Assembly: GCA_035765535.1 (NCBI GenBank)
Contig: DASTXE010000001.1
Span: 224,322-288,321 of the forward strand
Origin: Rickettsiales bacterium
GTDB taxonomy: Bacteria > Pseudomonadota > Alphaproteobacteria > Rickettsiales > JABCZZ01
DNA length: 64,000 nt
Direction of reading: 5' to 3'
A model generated the notes under the pieces. That model did no database searches. It was not told the DNA's origin and saw only the letters and a list, made by a program, of their open reading frames with translations. Positions 19,906 through 29,943 of the stretch are shown here, piece by piece; position 1 is the stretch's first letter, and every line of letters starts with the position of its first letter. The position numbers and the translations under genes are program-made.

Positions 19906-20044
19906 GGCGGTTGTGCCTATGGCACCAGATCAATTTATAATTGTATAATAGTGGGTTGCTATACAACCGCGCTTCTCATAATTTGCCGTATTCCCAGAAT
20001 TATGTTAATAATCATAAAGTCTTTTTATGTATTAAAATGGGAAT

Positions 20045-21100
20045 ATGCCGGAATTAGAGGCTGCCAAACCCAATTACGATGCTGCCGCCTCCTATGTACA
20101 GGGGATGGCTGCGACGCTGACTTATTTACCCCGAATCATAGAACAACAGCCGCCTGACGGGCAAGGCTTCGGCGATCTCGAAACCATAATCAAAGGCGAT
20201 CCGGAGCGCCTCAAAGAGGCAGTGCACAAAGCGCGTATCGCAAGCAATCAGGGCGTCATCAACATATCCCAGAAACTGGCCGAGCATGACTGGGGCGGAT
20301 GGAGAGTCAAATCCATTGAGGCAGATGGAATTGCCAGGGCGCTGGTGTTCAAAACACCGGAAAATAATACGCTCGTCAGTTTTCGCGGCACGCAGCCGAC
20401 GCATCTGAAACAATGGGCGAAAGATGCTGAATTCCTGCTGCAGGAGATGAAGCTGCCGTCCGGAGACCGGTGCCGTGGGCATCCGGGCTTCCTGGAGGAA
20501 CTGGGGATGATCAGCCTCCCGCTGACGCGCGAACTGGAAGAAGGCAGGTTTGCCATGACAGGTCATAGTGCTGGCGGTGCAATGGCAGTCATGTACGGCT
20601 TGCAGCAGCCGGAAAAGGACAAAGTGGAAGGGATTATCACACAGGGCCAGCCGCGGGCATTGGACAAAGAGGGCGCCGAGTTGGTCAAAGCTTACTTCCC
20701 CGACTATTTCCGCGTGGTAAACGGGAACGATATCGTACCCTACCTGCCGCCGAATCTGACCGTGCCGGTCCCGCTGCTCAACAGGATTGCATTAAATCAG
20801 ACAGATTATTTTCACGCAGGGACGGAGATTGCGTTCAGGAACGGCCTCAGAGTGGAAGAATCCCCCGAAGCGCGCGCAACGATACAGCAGGCGCTCATTT
20901 CGGTTATGGGCAGGCTCAGAGTCCTGCATGAGGTGGGAGACCATTCACCCGGCAACTATCTCGAAAGCCTGAGACGGGATATGGAGCGGGGTTCTCTCAT
21001 CATCGCGCAGGAGCATGATATTACAGACCCGCCCGTATCCGGGCTGAATGCTTCTGCCAAAGCGCCTCGTCAGCAAACAAAGCCGCCCGGATTAGGGTAA
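20045..21100 (+). CDS. class 3 lipase family protein
   Basis: FRGT..., nucleophile elbow GHSAGG, and NGNDIVPYLP. No N-terminal signal peptide is apparent. Confidence 0.75.
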   Translation: MPELEAAKPNYDAAASYVQGMAATLTYLPRIIEQQPPDGQGFGDLETIIKGDPERLKEAVHKARIASNQGVINISQKLAEHDWGGWRVKSIEADGIARALVFKTPENNTLVSFRGTQPTHLKQWAKDAEFLLQEMKLPSGDRCRGHPGFLEELGMISLPLTRELEEGRFAMTGHSAGGAMAVMYGLQQPEKDKVEGIITQGQPRALDKEGAELVKAYFPDYFRVVNGNDIVPYLPPNLTVPVPLLNRIALNQTDYFHAGTEIAFRNGLRVEESPEARATIQQALISVMGRLRVLHEVGDHSPGNYLESLRRDMERGSLIIAQEHDITDPPVSGLNASAKAPRQQTKPPGLG

Positions 21101-21108
21101 AGATTTCC

Positions 21109-22575
21109 TCACTGCGTTCTGACATTGGAGCCGCTGGGGCTGACCACGCCGCCCATCGGTTTGGGGGCCTGATTACCGTAAGCGGTGGCGCTTGCAATCT
21201 GGTTTGTAAAATTAATCAGGCTGAATGCCAGGCTGTGATTGCCGCTCTCAACCAGTTTATTGCTGTTGAACTTTCCATTGGTGACGGCCCCTACATTGAT
21301 TACCGTCCATGAAGAGAGGTAGCCTTTCGTGCGGGTGATGATGGTGTTGTTGCTGACATCTGGCGCATTGATGGCACGGGCGCTGTTGAATACATCAAGC
21401 CCCCTGGCGACCGGGTCGTCATATGTCACATTGCGCGAATAACCATTATTGCAGCGTATGCTGGAGCCGACAGTGAAGTGGATGACCTTGGCGCCCTCAA
21501 TACCGGAGCCACTCTCGCCAAGTCCGGTATAGAAGCCGTAAGTGTCGGTATTTTCCCATAAGCCTGTCTGCGTATTGGTGCGGGCGACAGGCTTGGTGCT
21601 GCCGATCAGCGTAACGCCGGGGTGAACGCGCACGGTTGCGGTGGAACCGGCCGTGTTATTGCCGATTCCTTTCACAAAACCGGATGCATCGATATATCCG
21701 CCCAGCACATCCAGCGAACCGGTAGTGTTGCCTTCCCACGAGATGCAGTTGAAGTTTTTCTTGCCCACATCGGTCTTTGCACTGACTGGTGTGAAATCAG
21801 CCGCTTTGGTCACAACCACATTGCTCAGTACATTGGTGCCGGACTGGTATTTGGCGCAGCGCCGCGTATTACCGTTATAAACAACTTTGAGATTATTAAC
21901 GGTGCCGCCCGCATTGTTGATGTTGACCTGAAAACTGTCGGCTTCTTCGGCGTCGCTTCCCGTCCAGTCGACCAACACATTGCCAAGCTGGTAAGGCCCG
22001 CTATTGATCATCATAATGCCGCGCGCAGCGCCGATATTATCACCGATAGTGTGGTCGCCAAGGGCATTAAGGTGAGCGGCCGTGAAATTATTGCCGTGAA
22101 TCGAGGTGACGCCGTTGAGCATCAGGCCAGCGACGATATTGTTCGGCATGCGGGTGCGGGAGCCGATATGGTCGACAGTAATCGTGTTAAAATTAAGCGT
22201 GCCGCCATCCATATGCACGGCCTGCTGAACTATACCTTTCCCATCGATGTTGAGGTGAATGAAATTAAAATTGCAGTTATGGCATGACAAAAGCGCGTCC
22301 GCATATCCTGCCGGTTCCCAGACCGAACCCGGTGCGAAATTAATGGTAAGGGTTCTTCCGGAAAGGGTAATACCCTGTGTCCGCACTGTGCCTCTGAAGT
22401 AATAGGTTCCGTCCTTCGAAAGTAACGCGCTGATCTCTTTGGTCTGGTCGGCGCCGTTGCCGGTGAAAGTTATAGCTCCGGTTGCAGAGCCGGTGCAGGG
22501 GATGGTTACAACCATACATAAAAACAGGCAGGCAAGCAGCATGGCTCTCAGGCAATAAGGCATAGTATAATCCAT
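21109..22575 (-). CDS. secreted right-handed beta-helix repeat protein
   Basis: N-terminal hydrophobic signal. It is Asn/Gly/Thr-rich, with periodic repeats typical of parallel beta-helix (pectate-lyase-like) folds. Confidence 0.5.
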   Translation of the reverse strand: MDYTMPYCLRAMLLACLFLCMVVTIPCTGSATGAITFTGNGADQTKEISALLSKDGTYYFRGTVRTQGITLSGRTLTINFAPGSVWEPAGYADALLSCHNCNFNFIHLNIDGKGIVQQAVHMDGGTLNFNTITVDHIGSRTRMPNNIVAGLMLNGVTSIHGNNFTAAHLNALGDHTIGDNIGAARGIMMINSGPYQLGNVLVDWTGSDAEEADSFQVNINNAGGTVNNLKVVYNGNTRRCAKYQSGTNVLSNVVVTKAADFTPVSAKTDVGKKNFNCISWEGNTTGSLDVLGGYIDASGFVKGIGNNTAGSTATVRVHPGVTLIGSTKPVARTNTQTGLWENTDTYGFYTGLGESGSGIEGAKVIHFTVGSSIRCNNGYSRNVTYDDPVARGLDVFNSARAINAPDVSNNTIITRTKGYLSSWTVINVGAVTNGKFNSNKLVESGNHSLAFSLINFTNQIASATAYGNQAPKPMGGVVSPSGSNVRTQ

Positions 22576-22737
22576 TGATTAAGATGAAATGAGAGGGGTA
22601 AGATAAATATAATTTATTATCAAATCGTTAAGACGAGGCAAATTTATTGTGCCGGAATAAAACGATTACTCCGGTGCACGTAAATAACGATGGGATAATA
22701 GTGGCGTGTTTGGTTGGAACAACTTTAGGTTTTATGC

Positions 22738-24084
22738 CTACTGGTTTTTTATTTCAACCTGTTTTGTTTGCCACCGCTTCGTATCGGCAATAAAATTTTT
22801 GGCAAGTGCATGGTAAAGCGAGAGCGGGCATAACATCCGCCCGAGTGCGGCGGCGATAAGTGCCACGGCGATGAGTGGAACGGCGGTTGTGGCTTTTCCG
22901 GTAATTTCCAGCACGATGACAAAGGCCGTAATCGGAGCCTGCGTAACGCCTGCAAAATAGGCGGCCATGGAAAGCAGGATAATCCCCTGTATCGGCGTAT
23001 GAGGAAACAGGGCGGCAAGCTCGCCACCCATCGCCGCGCCGACGGAAAGACTCGGAGAAAAGATGCCGCCCGGCATGCCGGTGATGGCGCACAACGCTGT
23101 AACGAAAAGCTTGGCCGGAGCCTGCCACCAGGCGGGATCGAGCGTGCCGTGCAGCAGGGAATAACCCATATCGTAGCCGGTACCGTAAGTAATGCCTTTG
23201 GTCAGGATGCCGATGGAAGCAATGATGAGACCGCATAATGCAGAAAATTTAATCGGATTACGGCTGCCAAACTGGTGATAAAGCTGTTTGACGAATTTTC
23301 CGCCGTGAATGATCAGGACTGTGAACAGGCTGCCGAACAATCCGCCTGCAACGCCCAGCACGGCAATCGCCAGCCAGTCACGGTTGATGGAGAGCTCAGC
23401 CATAGTATAGCCGAAATAATTGTAATTGCCGGAAATGGACATGGCCGCCGCGCCGGAGAATACAATCGCAGCCAGCACTATTGAGCTGTTACGGTGCTCG
23501 AATGCTCTTGCCATCTCCTCGATCGCAAATACGATACCGGCCAGTGGCGTATTGAATGCAGCCGCCACGCCTGCGGAAGCGCCCGCAAGCACAATGCCGC
23601 GTTCGGCGCTTAAGCCCCCAAGTTCGGCAAATAATAATAAAAGCGCGGCACCGACCTGCACCGTCGGGCCTTCACGGCCGATAGAAGCACCGGCAAGCAG
23701 TCCAATGATGGTAATGAGCATCTTTCCTACGATCACGCGCGGGCCGACAAGATAGCGTCGGCTCTGCGCATCACGCAGGAAACGCGCTGCCATAGCCTGC
23801 GGGATTCCGCTGCCGGGAATGGAGGGAAAATATCTAAGCGTGATCCAGGTACAGAATGCAAAAAGAGTAGGGCTCACAATCAGCGGCAGCCATGGGGAGT
23901 GCTTCACCATGCTGTTGAATGTATGTTGTGCCCAGTCTGCCAGCAGTGCGAAATAGGAGGCCACCAGCCCCACAAGAATGGCGCCCATCCAGAAGACAAG
24001 ACGCTTACGCCAGAGCGAGCGGGAAAGCAGCATCCGTTTGGCCTTGCGGATATAGGCGCGATCGTTTTGAAGGCCTGTATGCAT
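22738..24084 (-). CDS. ClC family voltage-gated chloride channel/transporter
   Basis: Selectivity motifs GSGIPQ and GREGPTVQ. It is a multi-pass membrane protein. Confidence 0.9.
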   Translation of the reverse strand: MHTGLQNDRAYIRKAKRMLLSRSLWRKRLVFWMGAILVGLVASYFALLADWAQHTFNSMVKHSPWLPLIVSPTLFAFCTWITLRYFPSIPGSGIPQAMAARFLRDAQSRRYLVGPRVIVGKMLITIIGLLAGASIGREGPTVQVGAALLLLFAELGGLSAERGIVLAGASAGVAAAFNTPLAGIVFAIEEMARAFEHRNSSIVLAAIVFSGAAAMSISGNYNYFGYTMAELSINRDWLAIAVLGVAGGLFGSLFTVLIIHGGKFVKQLYHQFGSRNPIKFSALCGLIIASIGILTKGITYGTGYDMGYSLLHGTLDPAWWQAPAKLFVTALCAITGMPGGIFSPSLSVGAAMGGELAALFPHTPIQGIILLSMAAYFAGVTQAPITAFVIVLEITGKATTAVPLIAVALIAAALGRMLCPLSLYHALAKNFIADTKRWQTKQVEIKNQ

Positions 24085-24100
24085 TTATTTCTCTATGGTG

Positions 24101-24241
24101 CTATTCATCATCCCTGAGAATGCGTTCGGCATTTCCTTTGGGATCATCAAACTGTTCATTCCGTAGCGCCCAGAAGAAAGCGATTAACGCAATAGACCCC
24201 AGCAAAAGGGCTAATGGAATGAGATACAGCAGAACACTCAT
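24101..24241 (-). CDS. ccoS: cbb3-type cytochrome oxidase maturation protein CcoS/FixS
   Basis: 46-aa ORF absent from the supplied track, hand-translated as MSVLLYLIPLALLLGSIALIAFFWALRNEQFDDPKGNAERILRDDE. ATGA overlap with the fixI stop. Confidence 0.75.
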   Translation of the reverse strand: MSVLLYLIPLALLLGSIALIAFFWALRNEQFDDPKGNAERILRDDE

Positions 24242-26424
24242 GACTTTTGCTTGCCTATACGATTGAGCCTCAGGGCATTGGCAATGACTATAATCGAGGA
24301 AGAGGACATTGCAAGCGCCGCAATCAGCGGAGTCACCTGCCCGGCAATCGCGAGCGGTACGGCGATAATGTTATAGAGGAACGAAAGGACAAAGTTCTGT
24401 TTCACCAGTCTGCCGCTTGTGCGTGCGATATGAAGCGCGTCAATCACCGGCATCAGATGTTCGCCCTGGAACACGACATCGGCCGCATTCTGGGTAATAT
24501 CAATTGCCGAGGAGGGGGAGATGGAAACATCCGCTGCCGCAAGCGCCGGAGCATCGTTTAATCCGTCACCTACCATGAGAACTTTTGCGCCTTTTTCCTT
24601 CAATGCATGGATGCGCGAGCTCTTATCCAGCGGCGTTATATGCGCGGTGAAGTCCGCAATCTCGAGTGCCTGTGCAACAGCTTTTACAGCTGGTTCGCGG
24701 TCGCCGGAAAGCAGCACGATATTGCATCCCCTGCGCTTGAATTCGCGGACGACGTCTGCGGCATCCGGCCGCAGTATATCCGTAAAGGTAAAGCGCACTG
24801 GCGATTTTTCCGACGTGTTCAGCCATAGCTCCAGTGCCGCATCCTGCGATGCGCTTTCATCGCCGCACCAGCCGCGCCGCCCAAGCCTCACGTTTTTGCC
24901 CTGATATTCAGCGCTGAGCCCGTCTCCGGGAACTTCCTGAATCGTAAGCTTGAGCAGTTCACCGTTCCACGCCTGATGGATAGCGCGCGAAAGCGGGTGT
25001 TTGCTGTGCGCTGCCAGCGAGGCGGCCAGTTGCAGATCCTGCAGCATATAACTGCCGGCATTTTCGAGTTGCGGTTTGCCGAGCGTGAGCGTACCGGTTT
25101 TATCAAACACGACCGTATCAATCACGGCAAGGCGTTCCAGTGCATCGCCGGACTTCAGCAGCATGCCCTTCTTGAACAGAAAGCTGGAAGCGACCACCTG
25201 CACCGCTGGAACAGCAAGCCCCAGCGCGCACGGACAGGTGATAATCAGAACGGTAGTGGCAATCATAAGGGCTGGCTGCCAGGCAATCCCCATTGCAAAA
25301 ACCCAGAATAAAAAAGTACCTCCTGCAAGCAGATGCACGACCGGAGTATAATAGCCCGCCACTTTATCGGCGACGCGGACATATTTTGCCTGCCCCTGTT
25401 CGGCATTTTCCATCAGCCGCACAATATCGGCCAGCAGGCTTTGTTCGCTCGCAGCGGAAACGGTGAGTTCCAGCGGTGCGGAAATATTGATCATACCGGC
25501 AAAAAGCTTCTGCCCTTCGGCTGCACGTTGCGGAACGGTTTCGCCGGTAATCAGACTTGTATCAATGTCAGAAACGCCCTTGGCCACGATACCGTCCGCA
25601 GCCACTTTTTCTCCCGCCGCGACCAGCAGGCGCATGCCGGGCAGAATATCGCGTATGGCGATACTACGTGTTTTGTCGCCTTCACGCAGCGTCGCTGTGC
25701 CTTGCATCATCGCGAGCAGGTCCTGCGCCGCTGCACGCGCTTTCCCGCGTGCTCTTTTATCCAGATACCGCCCGACCAGCAGCAGGAACAGCAGCATGAC
25801 CGAGGAATCGAAATACACATACGGCCCGCGACGTACGGTCTCAAAAAGGCTCATCCCGGCGGCGAGCAAAACGGCAAGCGAAATGGGCACATCCATATTG
25901 GTATGGAAACTGCGCAGTGCTTTTAGGGCGGAAGCGAAATAAGGGCGGCCCGAATAAGCAACGGCGGGCAGGGCGATCATGGCGGAAATCCAGTGGATAA
26001 GATCGCTTGTTGCCGGTCCCATCGCATCGCGCGAAGTGGACCACAGCGCAAACGAGAACAGCATGATATTGCCAGCCGCAAATCCTGCCACCGCGATGCA
26101 TTTGAGCAGGAAACGTTCTTCGTTCGCTTCGGCATTGTTCTGGCTGCTCGCATCGAAAGGCAGGAATTTGAAGCCGAGATCAGCAGCCTTGGCCACAAGC
26201 GCATTACCGCGTGCAGTATCGCCTTTCCAGTTCAGCACCATGCGGTTGGTCGAAAGATTAACGCGCGCATTGACATCGTGTTCACTGTTCAGCGCCGATT
26301 CGATACGCCATGCGCAGGAAGCGCAGCGCATCCCTTCCACCATCAGATTGATACTATGAGAGTCTTCTTCCTTACCGGGCTGTACGAAGCTCGAAAAGTC
26401 TATCTCAGGCGAGTGCGTATTCAT
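24238..26424 (-). CDS. ccoI: heavy-metal (copper) translocating P-type ATPase, FixI/CcoI-like
   Basis: N-terminal HMA domain (GMRCASCAWRIE), CPC motif (ITCPCALGLAVP), DKTGTLT and GDGLNDAP. It is followed by ccoS. Confidence 0.85.
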   Translation of the reverse strand: MNTHSPEIDFSSFVQPGKEEDSHSINLMVEGMRCASCAWRIESALNSEHDVNARVNLSTNRMVLNWKGDTARGNALVAKAADLGFKFLPFDASSQNNAEANEERFLLKCIAVAGFAAGNIMLFSFALWSTSRDAMGPATSDLIHWISAMIALPAVAYSGRPYFASALKALRSFHTNMDVPISLAVLLAAGMSLFETVRRGPYVYFDSSVMLLFLLLVGRYLDKRARGKARAAAQDLLAMMQGTATLREGDKTRSIAIRDILPGMRLLVAAGEKVAADGIVAKGVSDIDTSLITGETVPQRAAEGQKLFAGMINISAPLELTVSAASEQSLLADIVRLMENAEQGQAKYVRVADKVAGYYTPVVHLLAGGTFLFWVFAMGIAWQPALMIATTVLIITCPCALGLAVPAVQVVASSFLFKKGMLLKSGDALERLAVIDTVVFDKTGTLTLGKPQLENAGSYMLQDLQLAASLAAHSKHPLSRAIHQAWNGELLKLTIQEVPGDGLSAEYQGKNVRLGRRGWCGDESASQDAALELWLNTSEKSPVRFTFTDILRPDAADVVREFKRRGCNIVLLSGDREPAVKAVAQALEIADFTAHITPLDKSSRIHALKEKGAKVLMVGDGLNDAPALAAADVSISPSSAIDITQNAADVVFQGEHLMPVIDALHIARTSGRLVKQNFVLSFLYNIIAVPLAIAGQVTPLIAALAMSSSSIIVIANALRLNRIGKQKS

Positions 26425-27415
26425 GGAGATACCATTCTACAGTGCTTTCGAGCCCTGCCTCAAAGTCGTATTTACGGCGGAAACCGAGTTGCTGCTGCGC
26501 TTTTGTATCATCAATTGCGTAGCGGTAATCATGGCCGAGCCGGTCGCGCACGAAGGTGATTTGCGAAGCATAAGAAGCCCCGCTTTTTGCCGGGCGCAGC
26601 CGGTCAAGAATGCGGCAGATCTGGTTGACGACTTCGATATTGCGCCGCTCGCTATTGCCGCCGAAACAGTAAGTCTCGCCAGGGATCCCTTTGCCGAGCG
26701 CGAGTGCAACGCCATCGCAATGATCTTCCACATGAATCCAGTCCCGGATATTGCTGCCGTTACCGTAAACCGGCAGAGGCTTGCCGGCGAGTGCATTCGT
26801 AATAGTCAGCGGAATAAGTTTTTCCGGAAACTGGCGCGGTCCGTAATTATTGCTGCAGTTGGTAATGATCGTGGGCAAACCATAAGTCGCAAACCAGGCA
26901 TGGGCCAGATGGTCGCTCGCCGCTTTGGAAGCGGAGTAGGGGGAGCTGGGTTTTTTGGGAGTATTCTCATCGAACTTTCCCGTTTCGCCGAGTGCGCCGT
27001 AAACTTCATCCGTAGAGACATGAATGAAACGGAACTGCTCTTTCTTTGTTCCTTTCAGCTCATTCCAGTATTCACGCGCTGCTTCCAGCAGCACATAGGA
27101 GCCGACGATATTGGTCTCAATAAAAGCAACCGGCTTGCTGATAGAGTTATCGACATGCGATTCCGCAGCGAAATGCACGATGGCGTCGATGGAATGTTTG
27201 CGCAGGAGAGAATCTACGAGCGGACCGTCTGCAATATTTCCGACCACAAGCTCATAGCCTGCAGGATCGATCCATTCGAGATTAGAGCGTCTTCCGGCAT
27301 AAGTCAGCGCATCAAGCACGATGACTTTTTGTCCGCGCTCCACAGCCTGGCCGACAAACGCACTGCCGATAAAACCAGCGCCGCCGGTGACAAGAATTGT
27401 AGGGTGTCTGAGCAT
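26405..27415 (-). CDS. rfbB: dTDP-glucose 4,6-dehydratase
   Basis: GGAGFIGS Rossmann motif and YSASKAASDHL catalytic motif; 336 aa. Confidence 0.9.
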   Translation of the reverse strand: MLRHPTILVTGGAGFIGSAFVGQAVERGQKVIVLDALTYAGRRSNLEWIDPAGYELVVGNIADGPLVDSLLRKHSIDAIVHFAAESHVDNSISKPVAFIETNIVGSYVLLEAAREYWNELKGTKKEQFRFIHVSTDEVYGALGETGKFDENTPKKPSSPYSASKAASDHLAHAWFATYGLPTIITNCSNNYGPRQFPEKLIPLTITNALAGKPLPVYGNGSNIRDWIHVEDHCDGVALALGKGIPGETYCFGGNSERRNIEVVNQICRILDRLRPAKSGASYASQITFVRDRLGHDYRYAIDDTKAQQQLGFRRKYDFEAGLESTVEWYLHEYALA

Positions 27416-27428
27416 TATTTATCCATCA

Positions 27429-28262
27429 TTATTGCAGCGTGAAGCTGACGGGAATCTCAAATGCAAGTTCACTGTCTTTGGGGTAGTTGGCAGGAACAGC
27501 AGGCACGGGATCGGAAGCATGTACCATCGCCATAGCAGCCTGGTCAATAAGGGCGCTGCCGGAAGAACTGCTGATTCCGCTGTAAAGGATACGGCCCTGA
27601 CGGTCGATGCGGATGTGCACGACGACGGTGCCTTGAAGCATCTGCCGCTTTGCATCCTCAGGGTATACTTTATGCTGCGTTAGCCACAGAGAGATTTCCT
27701 GCCCATAATTGGCAATGATTTCCTGGCCTTCCTTCGTGCCTTTCATTGTCGTGCCGTTTCCAGTGCCTTTACCGTTCTTGGAAAACATCGCTACGTCATT
27801 CTCACGCACATATTTCTTAGGCTGGAGGAGCGCATGATTGCGGGCGGGATGAGGCTGCTTCTCACCGGTCTGGGAAATAATGGAGATCAGTGGCTTCGCA
27901 TCTTTGGCTTGCGCGCGCGGGGGAGCTTTAGGAGGTGCAGGCGGATTCGGTTTAGGAGCTTCGCGAACCTGGATGACAGGTTTTTCCGGTTCCACCACGG
28001 GCGGCGGCGGGGGCTGATACCCCGGCATGGATTCAGGCTTGGGCATATCGAGCCCGGCGGCGCCGCTGTCGAGCTTGATATTCAATGCGCGCACGGGAAT
28101 GATCAGTGGCATTTCATGCGGCGACAGGGAATATATAAAGACGATGAACCCATGCAAAAGCATGGCGGCGGCCACCATCAGCATAAAGTGTCGCGACTGC
28201 AAATGTGAGCCGAACTCCGAATACTGGCTTAACGTCTTGACTTTAGGCGGCGCAAAAAACAT
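27429..28262 (-). CDS. tonB: TonB family energy transducer
   Basis: N-terminal TM anchor, Pro-rich spacer (PPPPPVVEPEKP...PNPPAPPKAPP), and a C-terminal TonB-like domain. Confidence 0.75.
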   Translation of the reverse strand: MFFAPPKVKTLSQYSEFGSHLQSRHFMLMVAAAMLLHGFIVFIYSLSPHEMPLIIPVRALNIKLDSGAAGLDMPKPESMPGYQPPPPPVVEPEKPVIQVREAPKPNPPAPPKAPPRAQAKDAKPLISIISQTGEKQPHPARNHALLQPKKYVRENDVAMFSKNGKGTGNGTTMKGTKEGQEIIANYGQEISLWLTQHKVYPEDAKRQMLQGTVVVHIRIDRQGRILYSGISSSSGSALIDQAAMAMVHASDPVPAVPANYPKDSELAFEIPVSFTLQ

Positions 28263-28274
28263 AAAGCTTCGAGT

Positions 28275-28676
28275 TTAAAAAGGCGTTGTAATAAGGGAAA
28301 TATTATCTCCCCCGGCTTCCTTGATCTGGTTCATGATGGAAATCATGAAAGTGGCAGGCAGGCGGTTATCAGCTTTGAGCGATATAACTCTGTGCTGATT
28401 ACCGGAGAGCCGCTCTTTCATCGTTGCCAAAAAGTCAGGCGGCTGGATGAAATCGTCATCCACAATGATTTCACGATGCTCACCCAGCATTACGACAACC
28501 TGGCCGTCTGTAAGGCGTTTGCCGTTTTTGGCAACGGGAAGCTCCATTTTAATAACGTCGAATTTCTCAATGGACCCGGCCACAAGAAAAAACACAAGCA
28601 GCAGCAGCACCACATTGATCATAGGGATCAAACCGGGCTCACGTGCGCCCTGTTTATTGCGAGGTATATCAACCAT
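28275..28676 (-). CDS. exbD: ExbD/TolR family biopolymer transport protein
   Basis: The N-terminal LIPMINVVLLLLVFFLV helix is typical of ExbD. Start moved to internal ATG at 28676. Confidence 0.8.
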   Translation of the reverse strand: MVDIPRNKQGAREPGLIPMINVVLLLLVFFLVAGSIEKFDVIKMELPVAKNGKRLTDGQVVVMLGEHREIIVDDDFIQPPDFLATMKERLSGNQHRVISLKADNRLPATFMISIMNQIKEAGGDNISLITTPF

Positions 28677-29139
28677 TAGCGGCCTTCTGCTCCGGTGGTT
28701 TAGGAGGAACGGTGACGGAAGGCGGCAGGATCCAGTCTGCCACAGCGATATTACGTCCACCAGCGGTATAGATACGGTCCATCACGCGCACCAGCACCTG
28801 CACAGGCACTTTGGAAGCGCTCAGCACCAGCACGCCGCGATCCGGAGTCTGCGTGAATATGCCATGAAGATCGCGCACCATATCCTGCTCATTGATGCTC
28901 TTATTTTCAAGGAATGTCTCGCCGACATCGGAGATATAGATATGCAGCGTTTCCTCGGCATCCTTCCTGATATTATGCGCAGTCGGTGGAGCTGATGGCG
29001 GCAGCAGGAGCTCAAGCGATTCCGTCTTGGTAAAACTGGTCGTCAGCATGAAATAAATCAAAAGCTGAAACACAACGTCGATCAGCGATACAAGCGGTAT
29101 CGATTTCGCCTTGCGTGTCTGCCTCTGGATGTCAATCAT
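28669..29139 (-). CDS. exbD: ExbD/TolR family biopolymer transport protein (second copy)
   Basis: The PLVSLIDVVFQLLIYFML helix and overall ExbD layout. Confidence 0.8.
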   Translation of the reverse strand: MIDIQRQTRKAKSIPLVSLIDVVFQLLIYFMLTTSFTKTESLELLLPPSAPPTAHNIRKDAEETLHIYISDVGETFLENKSINEQDMVRDLHGIFTQTPDRGVLVLSASKVPVQVLVRVMDRIYTAGGRNIAVADWILPPSVTVPPKPPEQKAANG

Positions 29140-29154
29140 ACGGCGCGGCTTTCC

Positions 29155-29943
29155 CTAGAGAACGGAATAACGCGGATTGAGCAGGTGAAGCGTGCTGCTG
29201 TTTTGCGGTGTGGAACGGGTGTTGCTGGCTGAGTTCTTCACACGGTCTTCCAGCTCGCGCATTTCGATTTCACGCTTCACGGCTTCCTTACGCTTGATTT
29301 CTTTTTCATTGCGCTTGAATTCATCCTCGAGCGCCAGAATCTGAATGGAAACGTCGCGCATCGTTGAGCGTACACGTTCAATCAGCGCATCGATGGCGTA
29401 ATAGGCGCCGATGGCAGGAATCGCCACCACCAGGCCAGCCACAGTGCTCAGGAACGCTTCCCAGATACCGCCTGCAAACAGTGAGGGATCAACGCGCGCG
29501 CCAGCGGCTTCCAGTTTGGCGAATGCCGTCACCATCCCCATCACGGTGCCGAGCAGCCCAAGCAGCGGCCCCACGTTGGCGATCATTTCCAGTCCGCGCA
29601 GATGCGATTCAAGATAGCGTATATCCGCAGCGCCGACGCGTGCGATTTCAGCTTCTTTGCTGCGCTGTGAGATTTCGCGGTTGGCTACGCAATCCAGTGC
29701 TACGCGCATGATACGGGCCACCGGGCCTTTGACGGTGGAAAGAATGCGCGAAGCTTTGACGATATCGCCCTGGCGGATCTGGTGCACTGCCTGTTCGATA
29801 TAGTTATCGCGTGCAAACAGACCGGCATTCCAGAACTGGTAGATCTTGAACATGATGACTGCGACGCCGTAAATCGAAAGGCAGAGCAGCACATACATGA
29901 CGGGCCCGCCTCTGTGAAAAAAATCTAAAATATTCACGGTCAC
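29155..29943 (-). CDS. exbB: MotA/TolQ/ExbB proton-channel protein
   Basis: Three TM segments and the conserved GLLGTVMGM motif. A charged C-terminal extension is present. Confidence 0.85.
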   Translation of the reverse strand: MTVNILDFFHRGGPVMYVLLCLSIYGVAVIMFKIYQFWNAGLFARDNYIEQAVHQIRQGDIVKASRILSTVKGPVARIMRVALDCVANREISQRSKEAEIARVGAADIRYLESHLRGLEMIANVGPLLGLLGTVMGMVTAFAKLEAAGARVDPSLFAGGIWEAFLSTVAGLVVAIPAIGAYYAIDALIERVRSTMRDVSIQILALEDEFKRNEKEIKRKEAVKREIEMRELEDRVKNSASNTRSTPQNSSTLHLLNPRYSVL

